A DNA stretch of 62,938 nucleotides, counting the filler, from Candidatus Eiseniibacteriota bacterium (GTDB taxonomy: Bacteria; Orphanbacterota; Orphanbacteria; Orphanbacterales; Orphanbacteraceae): the NCBI GenBank assembly GCA_043809585.1. It is 5 parts of 5 records of this genome, joined end to end, with 100 filler letters (N's around TTAATTAATTAA, not from the genome) between each part and the next. Parts side by side here need not be neighbours in the genome. Positions count along the whole stretch, not along the records: positions 37,891 to 62,938 come from JBDROZ010000083.1; 4 more parts are not named here. One strand, 5' to 3'. How positions within the stretch are numbered: position 1 is the first letter of the stretch; every line of letters starts with the position of its first letter. Below the pieces are notes generated by a model. The model made no database searches and was not told the origin of the DNA. It was given only the letters and a program-made list of their open reading frames with translations. Below, piece by piece: positions 49,249 to 57,883 of this stretch. A program made the position numbers and the translations under genes.

Positions 49249-50303
49249 TAGAAATCCGGGATGAGCACGGTCCGCTTCGAGAGATTCCCCGCAAGGGTCT
49301 CACGGAATACTTCGTTGATCGTAGACAGAGGAGCCGTCTCCGTAAAGGGTTTCAGCGCGAGCTTACCCTCGGCGACGAGATCGATCACCTCCGGGTAGAG
49401 CTCCGGCCTGCAGCCCCATGTGCCGATGATGGCGGCGTCGAAGGCCATCAGATTCGAGAGACGCACCTCGAGCTTGTCCAGCGTGAAACCGACGATCGAC
49501 AGGGTCGAGGCGATGCCGACGAGGGCGAAGGCGAGCTCTTGCCCCCCCTTCGTGCCCGACATCTCGTATATCTTCCAGCCATGCGCCGGCGCGCCCATCT
49601 CCTTGCAGCGCGCTTTGACCTCGCCTTTGATCTCCTTGACCCCGAGTCCCGAGGAATCGACCGTCGCCGAAACTCCGATTTCGCCGAGCCGTTCCAGCTT
49701 CCCGCCGTCGATGTCGATGGCGAGGACTTTTCCACCGAGAATCCGAGCCAGCTGGGCCGCATACACTCCGACGCCGCCGACGCCGATCACGATCGCGAGG
49801 TCCCCCTCCCCGAGACCGCTCTTCAGGATCACCTGGTAGGGCGTGGACACGGCGTCGGCGATGACGGCGAGCTCCGCGAGCGAATGCCCCGCGAGCGCGC
49901 GGTCGGGAACGGGGGCGAGATAGCGGGCCGGCACGACCACATGACTCGCGAAGCCTCCGTGAAAGTCGTTCCCCGGCATGAGCTGTTTTCGGCAGATGTT
50001 GCTCCGCCCGCTCCGGCAGAGGTCGCAATCTCCGCAGGGCAAGACGGCGGGCACGACGACCGCTCTTCCTTTCCACTCCGGCGGTCCTTCGATGACGGTT
50101 CCGCTGATCTCGTGCCCGAGGACGAGCGGCGGCTCCTTTCTCGTCGGAACGCCGTAATGCCAGAAGCTCAGATCCGTGTGACAGACGCCGCATCCGGCCA
50201 CCTCGACTACCGCGTCGCCCGGTCCCGGATCCGGGGGAGCCAGTGTGACCTTCTCGAGGGGCCGGTCTTTCCCCGTCATCTGATAGGCATGAATCTCGTT
50301 CAT
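49248..50303 (-). CDS. had: 6-hydroxycyclohex-1-ene-1-carbonyl-CoA dehydrogenase
   Basis: GCGVCHTD, LGHE, PCGDCDLC, MPGND..GGFASH, RLSNLMAFDA..GTWGC. Confidence 0.92.
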   Translation of the reverse strand: MNEIHAYQMTGKDRPLEKVTLAPPDPGPGDAVVEVAGCGVCHTDLSFWHYGVPTRKEPPLVLGHEISGTVIEGPPEWKGRAVVVPAVLPCGDCDLCRSGRSNICRKQLMPGNDFHGGFASHVVVPARYLAPVPDRALAGHSLAELAVIADAVSTPYQVILKSGLGEGDLAIVIGVGGVGVYAAQLARILGGKVLAIDIDGGKLERLGEIGVSATVDSSGLGVKEIKGEVKARCKEMGAPAHGWKIYEMSGTKGGQELAFALVGIASTLSIVGFTLDKLEVRLSNLMAFDAAIIGTWGCRPELYPEVIDLVAEGKLALKPFTETAPLSTINEVFRETLAGNLSKRTVLIPDF

Positions 50304-50372
50304 TCTCGTCCTCCCTCGGGGACCGACTCCCCGGCGATGCATCTTCCCCCGCAGCGCTTTCGGACCCTTCGC

Positions 50373-51176
50373 TCAGGACCGCGACCCGATTTGCCGTGCG
50401 ATCACCGCCGCGCCGAGTGCGACGCAAAGCTGCGGTTCGTGCGCGACCTCGATCGGCGCGTCCATCGCCCCGCCCATCAGCTCGCCGAGGTATGGATGAT
50501 GGGCGATCACGCCGCCGCAGAGAATCACCGGAACACCGGCGGGAACGGACATGCGCCGGATCCGGTTGACCAGGGAGAGGTAAATCCCCCGGGCAATGTC
50601 CTCGAGCGGAACGCCGGAGAACTTCCACTCGAGGATTTCGGTGCGCGCGAACACGGTACAGAAACTGTTGATCGTCCGATCCGTAATCGAACTTCTCGCG
50701 AGATTGCTCATCTCGGCGATCTCGAGCTCCGCCTTTTCGGCGATCTCGGTGATGAAGGTGCCCGTTCCCGCCGAACACTTGTCGTTCATGCTGAAGCCGA
50801 GAACGGAACCGTCGGCGCCGCTCTCGATCACCTTCAAGTCCTCGCCGCCGATGTCGATGATGCACTTCCGAGTCTTGTGCGTAACAGAAACCCCTACCGA
50901 CGCGCAGACGAGTTCCGGCCGCCGCAACTCGCACTCGAAGCGGTGCCGCCCATAGCCCGTCGCGCATACCCCTTCGATCGAAAAGAGGTCGCGGGCCTGC
51001 TCGACCGTCTCCTCGAACCGCCTCTTCCGGCGGCTGAGTGTCGGCATGACCTCCCGGAAGACCGGCTCGTCATTCCCGCCTACGACCACGAGCTTCGTGT
51101 AAGTCGAACCGATATCGACGCCGAGATAGTAACGATTCGTCTCTTCCACGCGCGATCCACGCCCTTCGCCCGTCAC
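50373..51176 (-). CDS. HgdC/FldI-type 2-hydroxyacyl-CoA dehydratase activase (ASKHA ATPase, 4Fe-4S)
   Basis: GVDIGSTYTK, ATGYGR, IDIGGEDLK, MNDKCSAGTG, CTVFA. Confidence 0.88.
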   Translation of the reverse strand: MTGEGRGSRVEETNRYYLGVDIGSTYTKLVVVGGNDEPVFREVMPTLSRRKRRFEETVEQARDLFSIEGVCATGYGRHRFECELRRPELVCASVGVSVTHKTRKCIIDIGGEDLKVIESGADGSVLGFSMNDKCSAGTGTFITEIAEKAELEIAEMSNLARSSITDRTINSFCTVFARTEILEWKFSGVPLEDIARGIYLSLVNRIRRMSVPAGVPVILCGGVIAHHPYLGELMGGAMDAPIEVAHEPQLCVALGAAVIARQIGSRS

Positions 51177-52204
51177 TCCGGGGAATGCTCGATCAGGTGA
51201 ATCAGGGCCGTCACGGATTGGTTCAACGGAGTCGGAAGACAGTGCTTGTGACCGTAGTACACCATCTTCCCGTTCAGGTTGTCGATTTCTGTCCGCCGGC
51301 CTTCTTCGATGTCCACGAGCATCGACGGCCGGTGGTGTCCCGCGTTCTTCAAGTAGCGCACGCTGAAACGGCGGAACTTCTTTCCAAGATCGATTCCCTC
51401 GGCATCGGCGATCCGAACCGACTCGTCGATAAGCGCCTCGACCAACTCCAGCGTCAAGGGATAATCCATTACGTCCTTCATCGTCTTCCGCGTAATGGCG
51501 CAGACCGCGCTGAGCGCGCTGTTCAGAATCGCCTTTTCCCAGACGTAATCCTGGATGTCTTCCGGGATCTCCGTGGTCAGGCCCGCCGCGTTGAGCATCT
51601 CGGCGAACCTCTTCGCCACATCATCACCGTTCGGAAGGAGTGGCGCGATGTAGTTCGGCGGGTTGAAGAAGCTGACGTGTGTGATATTCGGGGCGCTCTT
51701 GTTGCCGGCGTAGTTGATGACCATCCGGAGGGTCCTGTCGTCTCCCACGGCGCGCGCCACGGTCACCTCGTTGTCGATGCCGTTCTGCGCCACCACCACG
51801 TACATGCGGTCCGTGACGATCTCCTTGATCTGATCGACGACTTTCCTCAGCCCCGGCGTCTTCACGGCGATGACGATCACGTCGAGATCGTACATCTTCA
51901 ATTCCTGGATGGAATAGCACGCTTCGGTGATCTTCACGGACTTGACGATGGTGCTCTCGAGGTGAAGTCCCTTCTTCTTCATCGCGTCGATGACGAGAGG
52001 GTTCATCTCGCAGGGCACGACAAGCGCGCCCGCCTCCATCAGATGGGCGACGAGCACCGTTCCGACCGGCCCCATTCCGACGACGCCGATTCGCATCGGC
52101 CTGTCGTTCCTCTCTTCGCTTTCGGCCTTCTCGTGCTTCTCGCGCTTCTCCCGCTTCTCGTGTTTCTTGTGTTTCTCGCTCTTCTCAGTGGCCTTCTTGC
52201 TCAT
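51173..52204 (-). CDS. Ketopantoate reductase-family (PanE/ApbA) 2-oxoacid reductase
   Basis: GMGPVG, AVK, QNGI, WEKAILN, SMLVD..GRRTEIDNLNG; charged N-terminal extension. Confidence 0.88.
   Translation of the reverse strand: MSKKATEKSEKHKKHEKREKREKHEKAESEERNDRPMRIGVVGMGPVGTVLVAHLMEAGALVVPCEMNPLVIDAMKKKGLHLESTIVKSVKITEACYSIQELKMYDLDVIVIAVKTPGLRKVVDQIKEIVTDRMYVVVAQNGIDNEVTVARAVGDDRTLRMVINYAGNKSAPNITHVSFFNPPNYIAPLLPNGDDVAKRFAEMLNAAGLTTEIPEDIQDYVWEKAILNSALSAVCAITRKTMKDVMDYPLTLELVEALIDESVRIADAEGIDLGKKFRRFSVRYLKNAGHHRPSMLVDIEEGRRTEIDNLNGKMVYYGHKHCLPTPLNQSVTALIHLIEHSPE
52127..52189 (-). repeat. 7 x 9-bp imperfect tandem repeat encoding (H/R/S/T)EK-type triplets
   Basis: Plus-strand units CTTCTCGTG, CTTCTCGCG, CTTCTCCCG, CTTCTCGTG, TTTCTTGTG, TTTCTCGCT, CTTCTCAGT. 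Confidence 0.75.
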
Positions 52205-52237
52205 GAAGTCACTCCGGGGGAAAGAGGAACATCGAGT

Positions 52238-53425
52238 TCAGTCACGCGCGATCTGCATGACGAACGTCTCCAGGATCGTTCGAGTCTGAAGGTCGGAAAA
52301 AAACCGGAGATCGTTCAGGTCACCGTTCACGACGATCGTAGGCTTCCCCGTTTCTTCGCGAACTCTCCGGTCGAGCCCGAACCGGTTGTTCGAGTTGTTG
52401 AAACATGTCTTCGAGTCATGAAAAACGACACCGTCGATTCCGAAATCGTCGATCATCTCGCGGATCACCACGAGCTTAGCGTTCTCGCTCCGGTTTATGA
52501 AGATCCGTGTATACGCGAGGGCCATCGACTCGAGGGGACGGTCCGGATCGAAGTCGTCAAACACCCAGCTGTTGCAGTAGGTCGACGCCACGACGGCAGC
52601 CTTCTGCTCGACGAAGAAATCGGCGAGCGACCGCAAGCGTCCCCAGATCGGCATCCCCTCCCAGTAGATCCGCGCCCTCTCTCCGGGCACCGCCGGGCCC
52701 ACGCCATCCTCCAGCTCCCTCAGAAGGTCCTCGTAGAATTCCACGCAGGCCCTCGTTCCGCGGAGTATCACGATCGGCGCCATGAGGATCGTGCCGTCGA
52801 AAAAGGAGAGTGGAGACGGGGTGCGGCGCGCCGTCCCGAGCACTCTCTTCCAGAGGTCCGAGCCCTCACGCGAGAGGGCGACGACGCGCCGGAGGTTCTT
52901 CGGATCGAGCGTCTCGCCGCGTATCTCCTCGCCGACGCGGATCAGGTCACGGTATCGGGAGACGACATGGCGGATGTCGTCTTCGGCGACTTCTTCGAGG
53001 TGGCGCGGCGGGTGGATCCCCACGACGGGAACGCCAAGCTCGCGCCCGAAAAACCCGAACCAGTCGGCAACCTCCCGGCACTGGTTGGTGCAGTAGACGA
53101 TGAGGTCGGGCTTCGGGATCGACGGGAGGCCGTACGCCTCGCGGAGCGGCGTCGCGCCCGAGAGCCAGGCCCCGATGTCCGACGTCAGGTACGAGCATAT
53201 CTCGCCCCCGAAACCGGCCTGGTGGGCGCGGGGAATGTACTTCTCCGCGAGCCGCGAAGCGCCGAGGATCGCCCCGTGGTTCTCGGGGAAATAGACCTGA
53301 AATCCGAGGGCCCGGAGAATCTCGGCGGGGCCGGCGCTCGTGCACCACGCGAGGGGGCTCGAGAGAGACGTGTAGTACTCCCCCAGCAGCGTCTTCAGCT
53401 TCTCCTGCGACTTCAACCGTGGCAT
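52238..53425 (-). CDS. 2-hydroxyacyl-CoA dehydratase subunit (HgdA/FldB/BcrB family)
   Basis: WCTSAGPAEI..FPENHGA, ICSY..DIG, PKPD..NQC..WF, FH..KTC (three Fe-S Cys). Confidence 0.87.
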   Translation of the reverse strand: MPRLKSQEKLKTLLGEYYTSLSSPLAWCTSAGPAEILRALGFQVYFPENHGAILGASRLAEKYIPRAHQAGFGGEICSYLTSDIGAWLSGATPLREAYGLPSIPKPDLIVYCTNQCREVADWFGFFGRELGVPVVGIHPPRHLEEVAEDDIRHVVSRYRDLIRVGEEIRGETLDPKNLRRVVALSREGSDLWKRVLGTARRTPSPLSFFDGTILMAPIVILRGTRACVEFYEDLLRELEDGVGPAVPGERARIYWEGMPIWGRLRSLADFFVEQKAAVVASTYCNSWVFDDFDPDRPLESMALAYTRIFINRSENAKLVVIREMIDDFGIDGVVFHDSKTCFNNSNNRFGLDRRVREETGKPTIVVNGDLNDLRFFSDLQTRTILETFVMQIARD

Positions 53426-53427
53426 CG

Positions 53428-55155
53428 CTACTCCAGGCGAATCACGTACACCTTCTCGTTCGCCGGATCTTCGGAGCCGTAGAGGGATTCGATATCCGCC
53501 TTGAACACTCTCGCGACCACACCCGGCGCGAGCTTCATCGAGGGAGTCAACTCCTCGTTTTCGATCGAAAGCTCGTGATCGATCAACATGGCCGCGCGCG
53601 GGCGCGCGTATTTCGCGTCGATCGAGTCGGCGACGCGCCTCATGCAGCGACCGAGGCAGTGCGCCAGATCCCGCGGGGCCTCCGGGCACTCGCAGGCGTC
53701 CCGCACGCTGGTTCCGTCGGGAACACGGGAAAACATCGCGCGGTTCGGAAAGAGCAGAACCACCGGGTAATCGCGGCCGCTCCCGGCGACGAAGGCGTGC
53801 GACAGATAGGCGCAATCCTTGACGATCAGGTTTTCGATCTCGGTCGGGATCACGATCTCGGCGTTGCTCAGTTTGAAGATCCGATCCTTCCGCGAAATGA
53901 GCCGAACCCCCGCCTCGGTGATCGCGCCCACGTCCCCCGTGGCGAACCAGCCCTCGTCAAGCATGGCCCGCTCCGTGTCCACCGGGTTCCGGTAGTAGCC
54001 GCTCATCACGTTCGGACCGCGAACGAGGATCTCGTCGTCCTCCCCGAGCTTGACCGACACACCCGGGATCGGCTTTCCGACGACACCGGGATCGCGCGGA
54101 ATGCTCGGATCCGTCACGGTGCAGCAAGGGGACGTTTCGGTCAGTCCCCATCCCTCGTACACGGGTATGCCCCGCTCTTCGAAAACATCCGAGATGTTTT
54201 TCGGGAGAGGCGCCGCGGCGGTGAAAATGAACCGGAGCTCGTCGTGGAACACGGCCTTCTCGACCTCCCGGTCCCCCGCCGCGCGGGACGTGATCTCCTG
54301 GTAGACGCGGGGCACGCTGAAGAAACAGGTCGGCCGAACCCGCATCCAGTTTTCGAGCAGGACATCCATGTCCTTTCCGTAGCCGTGTTCGAGGGAGAGG
54401 ACGGCGCCGTTCGAGAGGGCCGCGAACTTCTCGAAGATGCCCCCGAAGCTGTGATGCCACGGAAGGTAGCTGAGGAAGCGGTCCTTCTCGGTCAGCTTCC
54501 AGAGAACGCGCATCGCCGCCTGCTGGGAGAGGATGTTCGAGTGGGTCAACTGGACGAGCTTCGGCCTCCCCGTCGTGCCCGACGTGTACATCATGAGGCA
54601 GACCGCCCCCGGCGCGACTTCGGTGCCCGCGATCTCCATCCCCGACGTCTCACCCCCGGCGAGGAGTTCCTCGAAGCGGACGACGTTTCCCCCGGCAGCC
54701 TCCCCGACAGGATCGAAGACGACGACGGCCCCGAATTCGTCGGGCGAATCGAGCTTCCCGTACTGTTCGGTGTCCGCGGTTACCACCACCGCGGGCTCGC
54801 AGAACCGGACGAGGCCCTGCGCCTTCGCGGCGGGATAGCCGTGGAAGATCGGAACCGAGACGGCTCCCATCGACATCACGGCCAGCTCGATCTCGAGCAT
54901 CTCGCGCCGGTTCCGGGAGAGAACCGCGACACGGTCGCCCCGCCCGACTCCGCGCGCCGCGAGCGCCGCCTGCAGGAGGATCACGTCGTTCCCGAGCCGC
55001 CGCCACGAAAGGGGGCGCATACTCCCGCCCGCGGCGTGCTGGAAAACCGGGTGCCCGTCGAATCGGGCTACGTTCTCCACGAGCATGGTGGCGATGTTCG
55101 GTGGAAACGGCGGAAGGGAGTGTTCTGAGGTGAGTCCATCTCCGGAACGAGTCAC
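53428..55155 (-). CDS. AMP-forming acyl-CoA synthetase (long-chain FACL-like)
   Basis: YTSGTTGRPK, YLPWHH, EGWGLTET, RGPNVMSGYY, TGD, ELTPSMK; GTGA overlap with bcrD. Confidence 0.88.
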   Translation of the reverse strand: MTRSGDGLTSEHSLPPFPPNIATMLVENVARFDGHPVFQHAAGGSMRPLSWRRLGNDVILLQAALAARGVGRGDRVAVLSRNRREMLEIELAVMSMGAVSVPIFHGYPAAKAQGLVRFCEPAVVVTADTEQYGKLDSPDEFGAVVVFDPVGEAAGGNVVRFEELLAGGETSGMEIAGTEVAPGAVCLMMYTSGTTGRPKLVQLTHSNILSQQAAMRVLWKLTEKDRFLSYLPWHHSFGGIFEKFAALSNGAVLSLEHGYGKDMDVLLENWMRVRPTCFFSVPRVYQEITSRAAGDREVEKAVFHDELRFIFTAAAPLPKNISDVFEERGIPVYEGWGLTETSPCCTVTDPSIPRDPGVVGKPIPGVSVKLGEDDEILVRGPNVMSGYYRNPVDTERAMLDEGWFATGDVGAITEAGVRLISRKDRIFKLSNAEIVIPTEIENLIVKDCAYLSHAFVAGSGRDYPVVLLFPNRAMFSRVPDGTSVRDACECPEAPRDLAHCLGRCMRRVADSIDAKYARPRAAMLIDHELSIENEELTPSMKLAPGVVARVFKADIESLYGSEDPANEKVYVIRLE

Positions 55156-55973
55156 GCGCCCGCCTCCTGAAGCTTGAAGTGCCGGAAACCTCCCCAGAGC
55201 GCGGCGCCGATCGCCCCCGCGGAGACGCACTCGCTCGCCGCGAACACATCGAGGTTCATGCCCCGCTCGTCGAGCGTCTCCTTCATGGCCGCGACGAGAC
55301 CCGTGTCCAGCGCAAGACCGCCCGTGAAGGCGACGGGAGACTCGACCTTCAGCCGCGAAAGAAGTCGGACGATCCTGATCGCGATGGACTGGTGAATTCC
55401 CTTGATGATGTCGGGAATCGGAATCCCCTGGGAGACCATGTTGATCACGTCCGTCTCGGCCAGCACGGCGCAGATGCCGCTCGTCTTCGCCGGGTTCGTC
55501 GATTCGAGCGACAGAGGTCCGACTTCGTCGATCGTGACGCCGAGGTAGCGGGTGATGTTCTCGAGGAACTGACCCGATCCGGAGGCGCACTGCCCGGTCA
55601 TGGCATAGTCCTTGACGCGCCCTCCGTCCTCGATCGACATGACACGACAGTAGAGGGCGCCGAAGTCGACGACGGTCCGCACTTCGGGATGGTAATGGCA
55701 GGCCCCGCGCGAATGGGTGGTCATGCTGTAGAAATGACCCCGTTTCCTCGGCACCAACTCCCCCTCGCCGGTGGAGGCGACGTAGAGCATATCCTCATAC
55801 CGGAGCCCATGCCGGTCGAAGAGATCCTCCATGAGCTGGTCGATGATGAGCGTAGGGTTCCGTTTCCGAATCTTCTCGACGACCAGATCGACGACGCTGG
55901 GCTCGGGGCCGTAGTCGACCAGCGCGATCTTGATGAAGCTGCTGCCCACGTCGATTCCCAGGGTGTAGTTCAT
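55152..55973 (-). CDS. bcrD: Benzoyl-CoA reductase subunit D
   Basis: GIDVGS, STGEGE, GHFYSMTTHSRGA, MTGQCASGSGQFLENI, ICAVLAETDVINMVS. Confidence 0.93.
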   Translation of the reverse strand: MNYTLGIDVGSSFIKIALVDYGPEPSVVDLVVEKIRKRNPTLIIDQLMEDLFDRHGLRYEDMLYVASTGEGELVPRKRGHFYSMTTHSRGACHYHPEVRTVVDFGALYCRVMSIEDGGRVKDYAMTGQCASGSGQFLENITRYLGVTIDEVGPLSLESTNPAKTSGICAVLAETDVINMVSQGIPIPDIIKGIHQSIAIRIVRLLSRLKVESPVAFTGGLALDTGLVAAMKETLDERGMNLDVFAASECVSAGAIGAALWGGFRHFKLQEAGA

Positions 55974-55975
55974 GG

Positions 55976-57271
55976 TCAGTGCTTTCTCCTGGCCGAAAAG
56001 AGCCCCGCACCCAGCGCCCCCATGAAGATCGAATCCGCGTGCCGGTTGATCGTGATGTCGCCGTAGTTCCGCAAGACGCTCTCGGAGACGTATTGGAAGA
56101 CCGCGGGATTCCGCGCGACCCCGCCGGTGAACGTGAACTCGTTCCGGACGCCGCCCGATCGGGCGAGGAGGGCGAAGGCCCTCTGGACGATCGCCTCGTG
56201 AAGCCCGGCGAGAATATTCTCCTTCTTCTCGCCCAGATTGAGGTACTCCCGAAGTTCGGCGCCGGCGAAGACGGTGCACGTGCTGCAGATATTCGCTTTG
56301 TAGTCGGCTTTGAGGGCGAGCGGGCCGAGTTCGCCTACGCCGATGTTCATCTCGTCGGCGATGTAGCCCAGGTACCTTCCGCACCCGGCGGCGCACCGGT
56401 CGTTCATCTGAAAGCTCGTCACGAGACCGTGCCCGTCGACCTGGATCGCTTTCGTGTCCTGTCCGCCGATGTCGAGGACCGTCCGCGTCTCCGGGAAACA
56501 GGCGTGCGCCCCGAGGGCATGGCAGAGGATCTCCGACTTGATGTGTTTCTGCTCGAAGGGAAGGAGTTGACGCCCGTAGCCGGTGCCGATGTAATCGGTT
56601 GGTTCGAGCGATAGGTTGGCGACTTGGTCGAGGCGGGGCCGCAGGGCGGCGGCACGGGCGGCGTCCTCTCCGTCGAGGAGGTCGATGGCGCGGTGGACGA
56701 GATCTCGGAAGTCGAAGTCGATCGCGCGATTCTCGACGGGCACGACCGACCGGTCGTAGAGGGAGGTCAGCGTGTCGTAGAGTCCCTTCCTCTTTTCGTG
56801 GACAGCGGCCATGTAGGTGGTGCTGAAGAGATCGCGGAAGAAGTCAGATGTCGTCGAGACCTCGCCTGCGAAGAATCGACCGCGGATTTTGCCGAGGACG
56901 GCGGGCGCCAGTTCGGTCAGCGCGTCGACGGCCTCCTCCCTTTCACCGAGATCGGAGATCTCGCCCGCCGCCTCGATCATGGCGCGGAGAAGACTCTCGA
57001 ATCTCGCTTCGAACTGGAGGAAGTGGAAGCGGTTCTCCAAATCACCCAGGAGCCGTCCCCACCCTCCTCCGGCGCTTCCACCGTCCGGCGTCGTCCGCCT
57101 CAGCATGGAGAAACGGGAGTTGAATTCCGCTTCCACTCTCGCGATGTCCGCCGCGACCTCGTAGTTCGACCGGGTGTTCGTGATTCCGCGGCCGATGATC
57201 CGCTCGTCGCCGTCGATGATGACCGCTTTGGATGTAGTCGAACCGAGATCGATGCCGAGGTACACTTCCAT
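55976..57271 (-). CDS. bcrA: Benzoyl-CoA reductase subunit A
   Basis: GIDLGSTTSKA..GRGITNTRSNY, SDFFRD insert, SEILCH, QMNDRCAAGCGRYLGYIADE, CTVFAGAEL. Confidence 0.93.
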   Translation of the reverse strand: MEVYLGIDLGSTTSKAVIIDGDERIIGRGITNTRSNYEVAADIARVEAEFNSRFSMLRRTTPDGGSAGGGWGRLLGDLENRFHFLQFEARFESLLRAMIEAAGEISDLGEREEAVDALTELAPAVLGKIRGRFFAGEVSTTSDFFRDLFSTTYMAAVHEKRKGLYDTLTSLYDRSVVPVENRAIDFDFRDLVHRAIDLLDGEDAARAAALRPRLDQVANLSLEPTDYIGTGYGRQLLPFEQKHIKSEILCHALGAHACFPETRTVLDIGGQDTKAIQVDGHGLVTSFQMNDRCAAGCGRYLGYIADEMNIGVGELGPLALKADYKANICSTCTVFAGAELREYLNLGEKKENILAGLHEAIVQRAFALLARSGGVRNEFTFTGGVARNPAVFQYVSESVLRNYGDITINRHADSIFMGALGAGLFSARRKH

Positions 57272-57763
57272 GCGAATCGCCTCCGTTTCCGGGTCGACCG
57301 AGACTTCGCACGGGACGGGCCGAACCACGCGCCGGTTGCCCGGCTGGCGATCACTCGCCCCCCGCCGGAGGACATCCTGACATTTCGTTCACCGGGTCTT
57401 GCGCGCCACCCATCCGCCAGCACGCGGAAGAGGATCCGGTCGGGGCCGCACGGTCGGTACGGTCTCGTCCCGCGCAAAGCGGGTCACCGCCCCGACGGCG
57501 GCCGGTCTCCTCCAACACTCGCCGTCGATAGCGGCATCACCGCCGTCGAACAGGTGAGTTCGGCTCGATCCTCTTCGGGGATTCCCAGGCGGCGGCCGTC
57601 GAACGGCACAGAGGGCTGTCTGAGAAGGCCGGCTCGTAAAGGCCCACGGGGCCGGGCAGAGATCACGGGGGGGGGAGAATGGGGCGCCCCGCCCGCCTTC
57701 CCGGCAGGAAATCGCGGAGTTTCAGAGAGCCGTCGCCTCGCCCAAGCGCCTTAATCCGTTGCC

Positions 57764-57793
57764 ATTATGGGCCAGGGGCGGGGAAGGGGGCAA
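57764..57793 (-). promoter_or_regulatory. Possible internal promoter upstream of bcrA
   Basis: Minus strand TTGCCC-18 nt-CATAAT. Confidence 0.35.
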
Positions 57794-57883
57794 CCCTTTT
57801 CTTGGGGGGCCCCGGAGGCTCCAAACCTGCCGGGTCCCGCGAGGCGGGGGGCGGGGGGAGATTCCTCCTCGCCGCGCGCCGCT

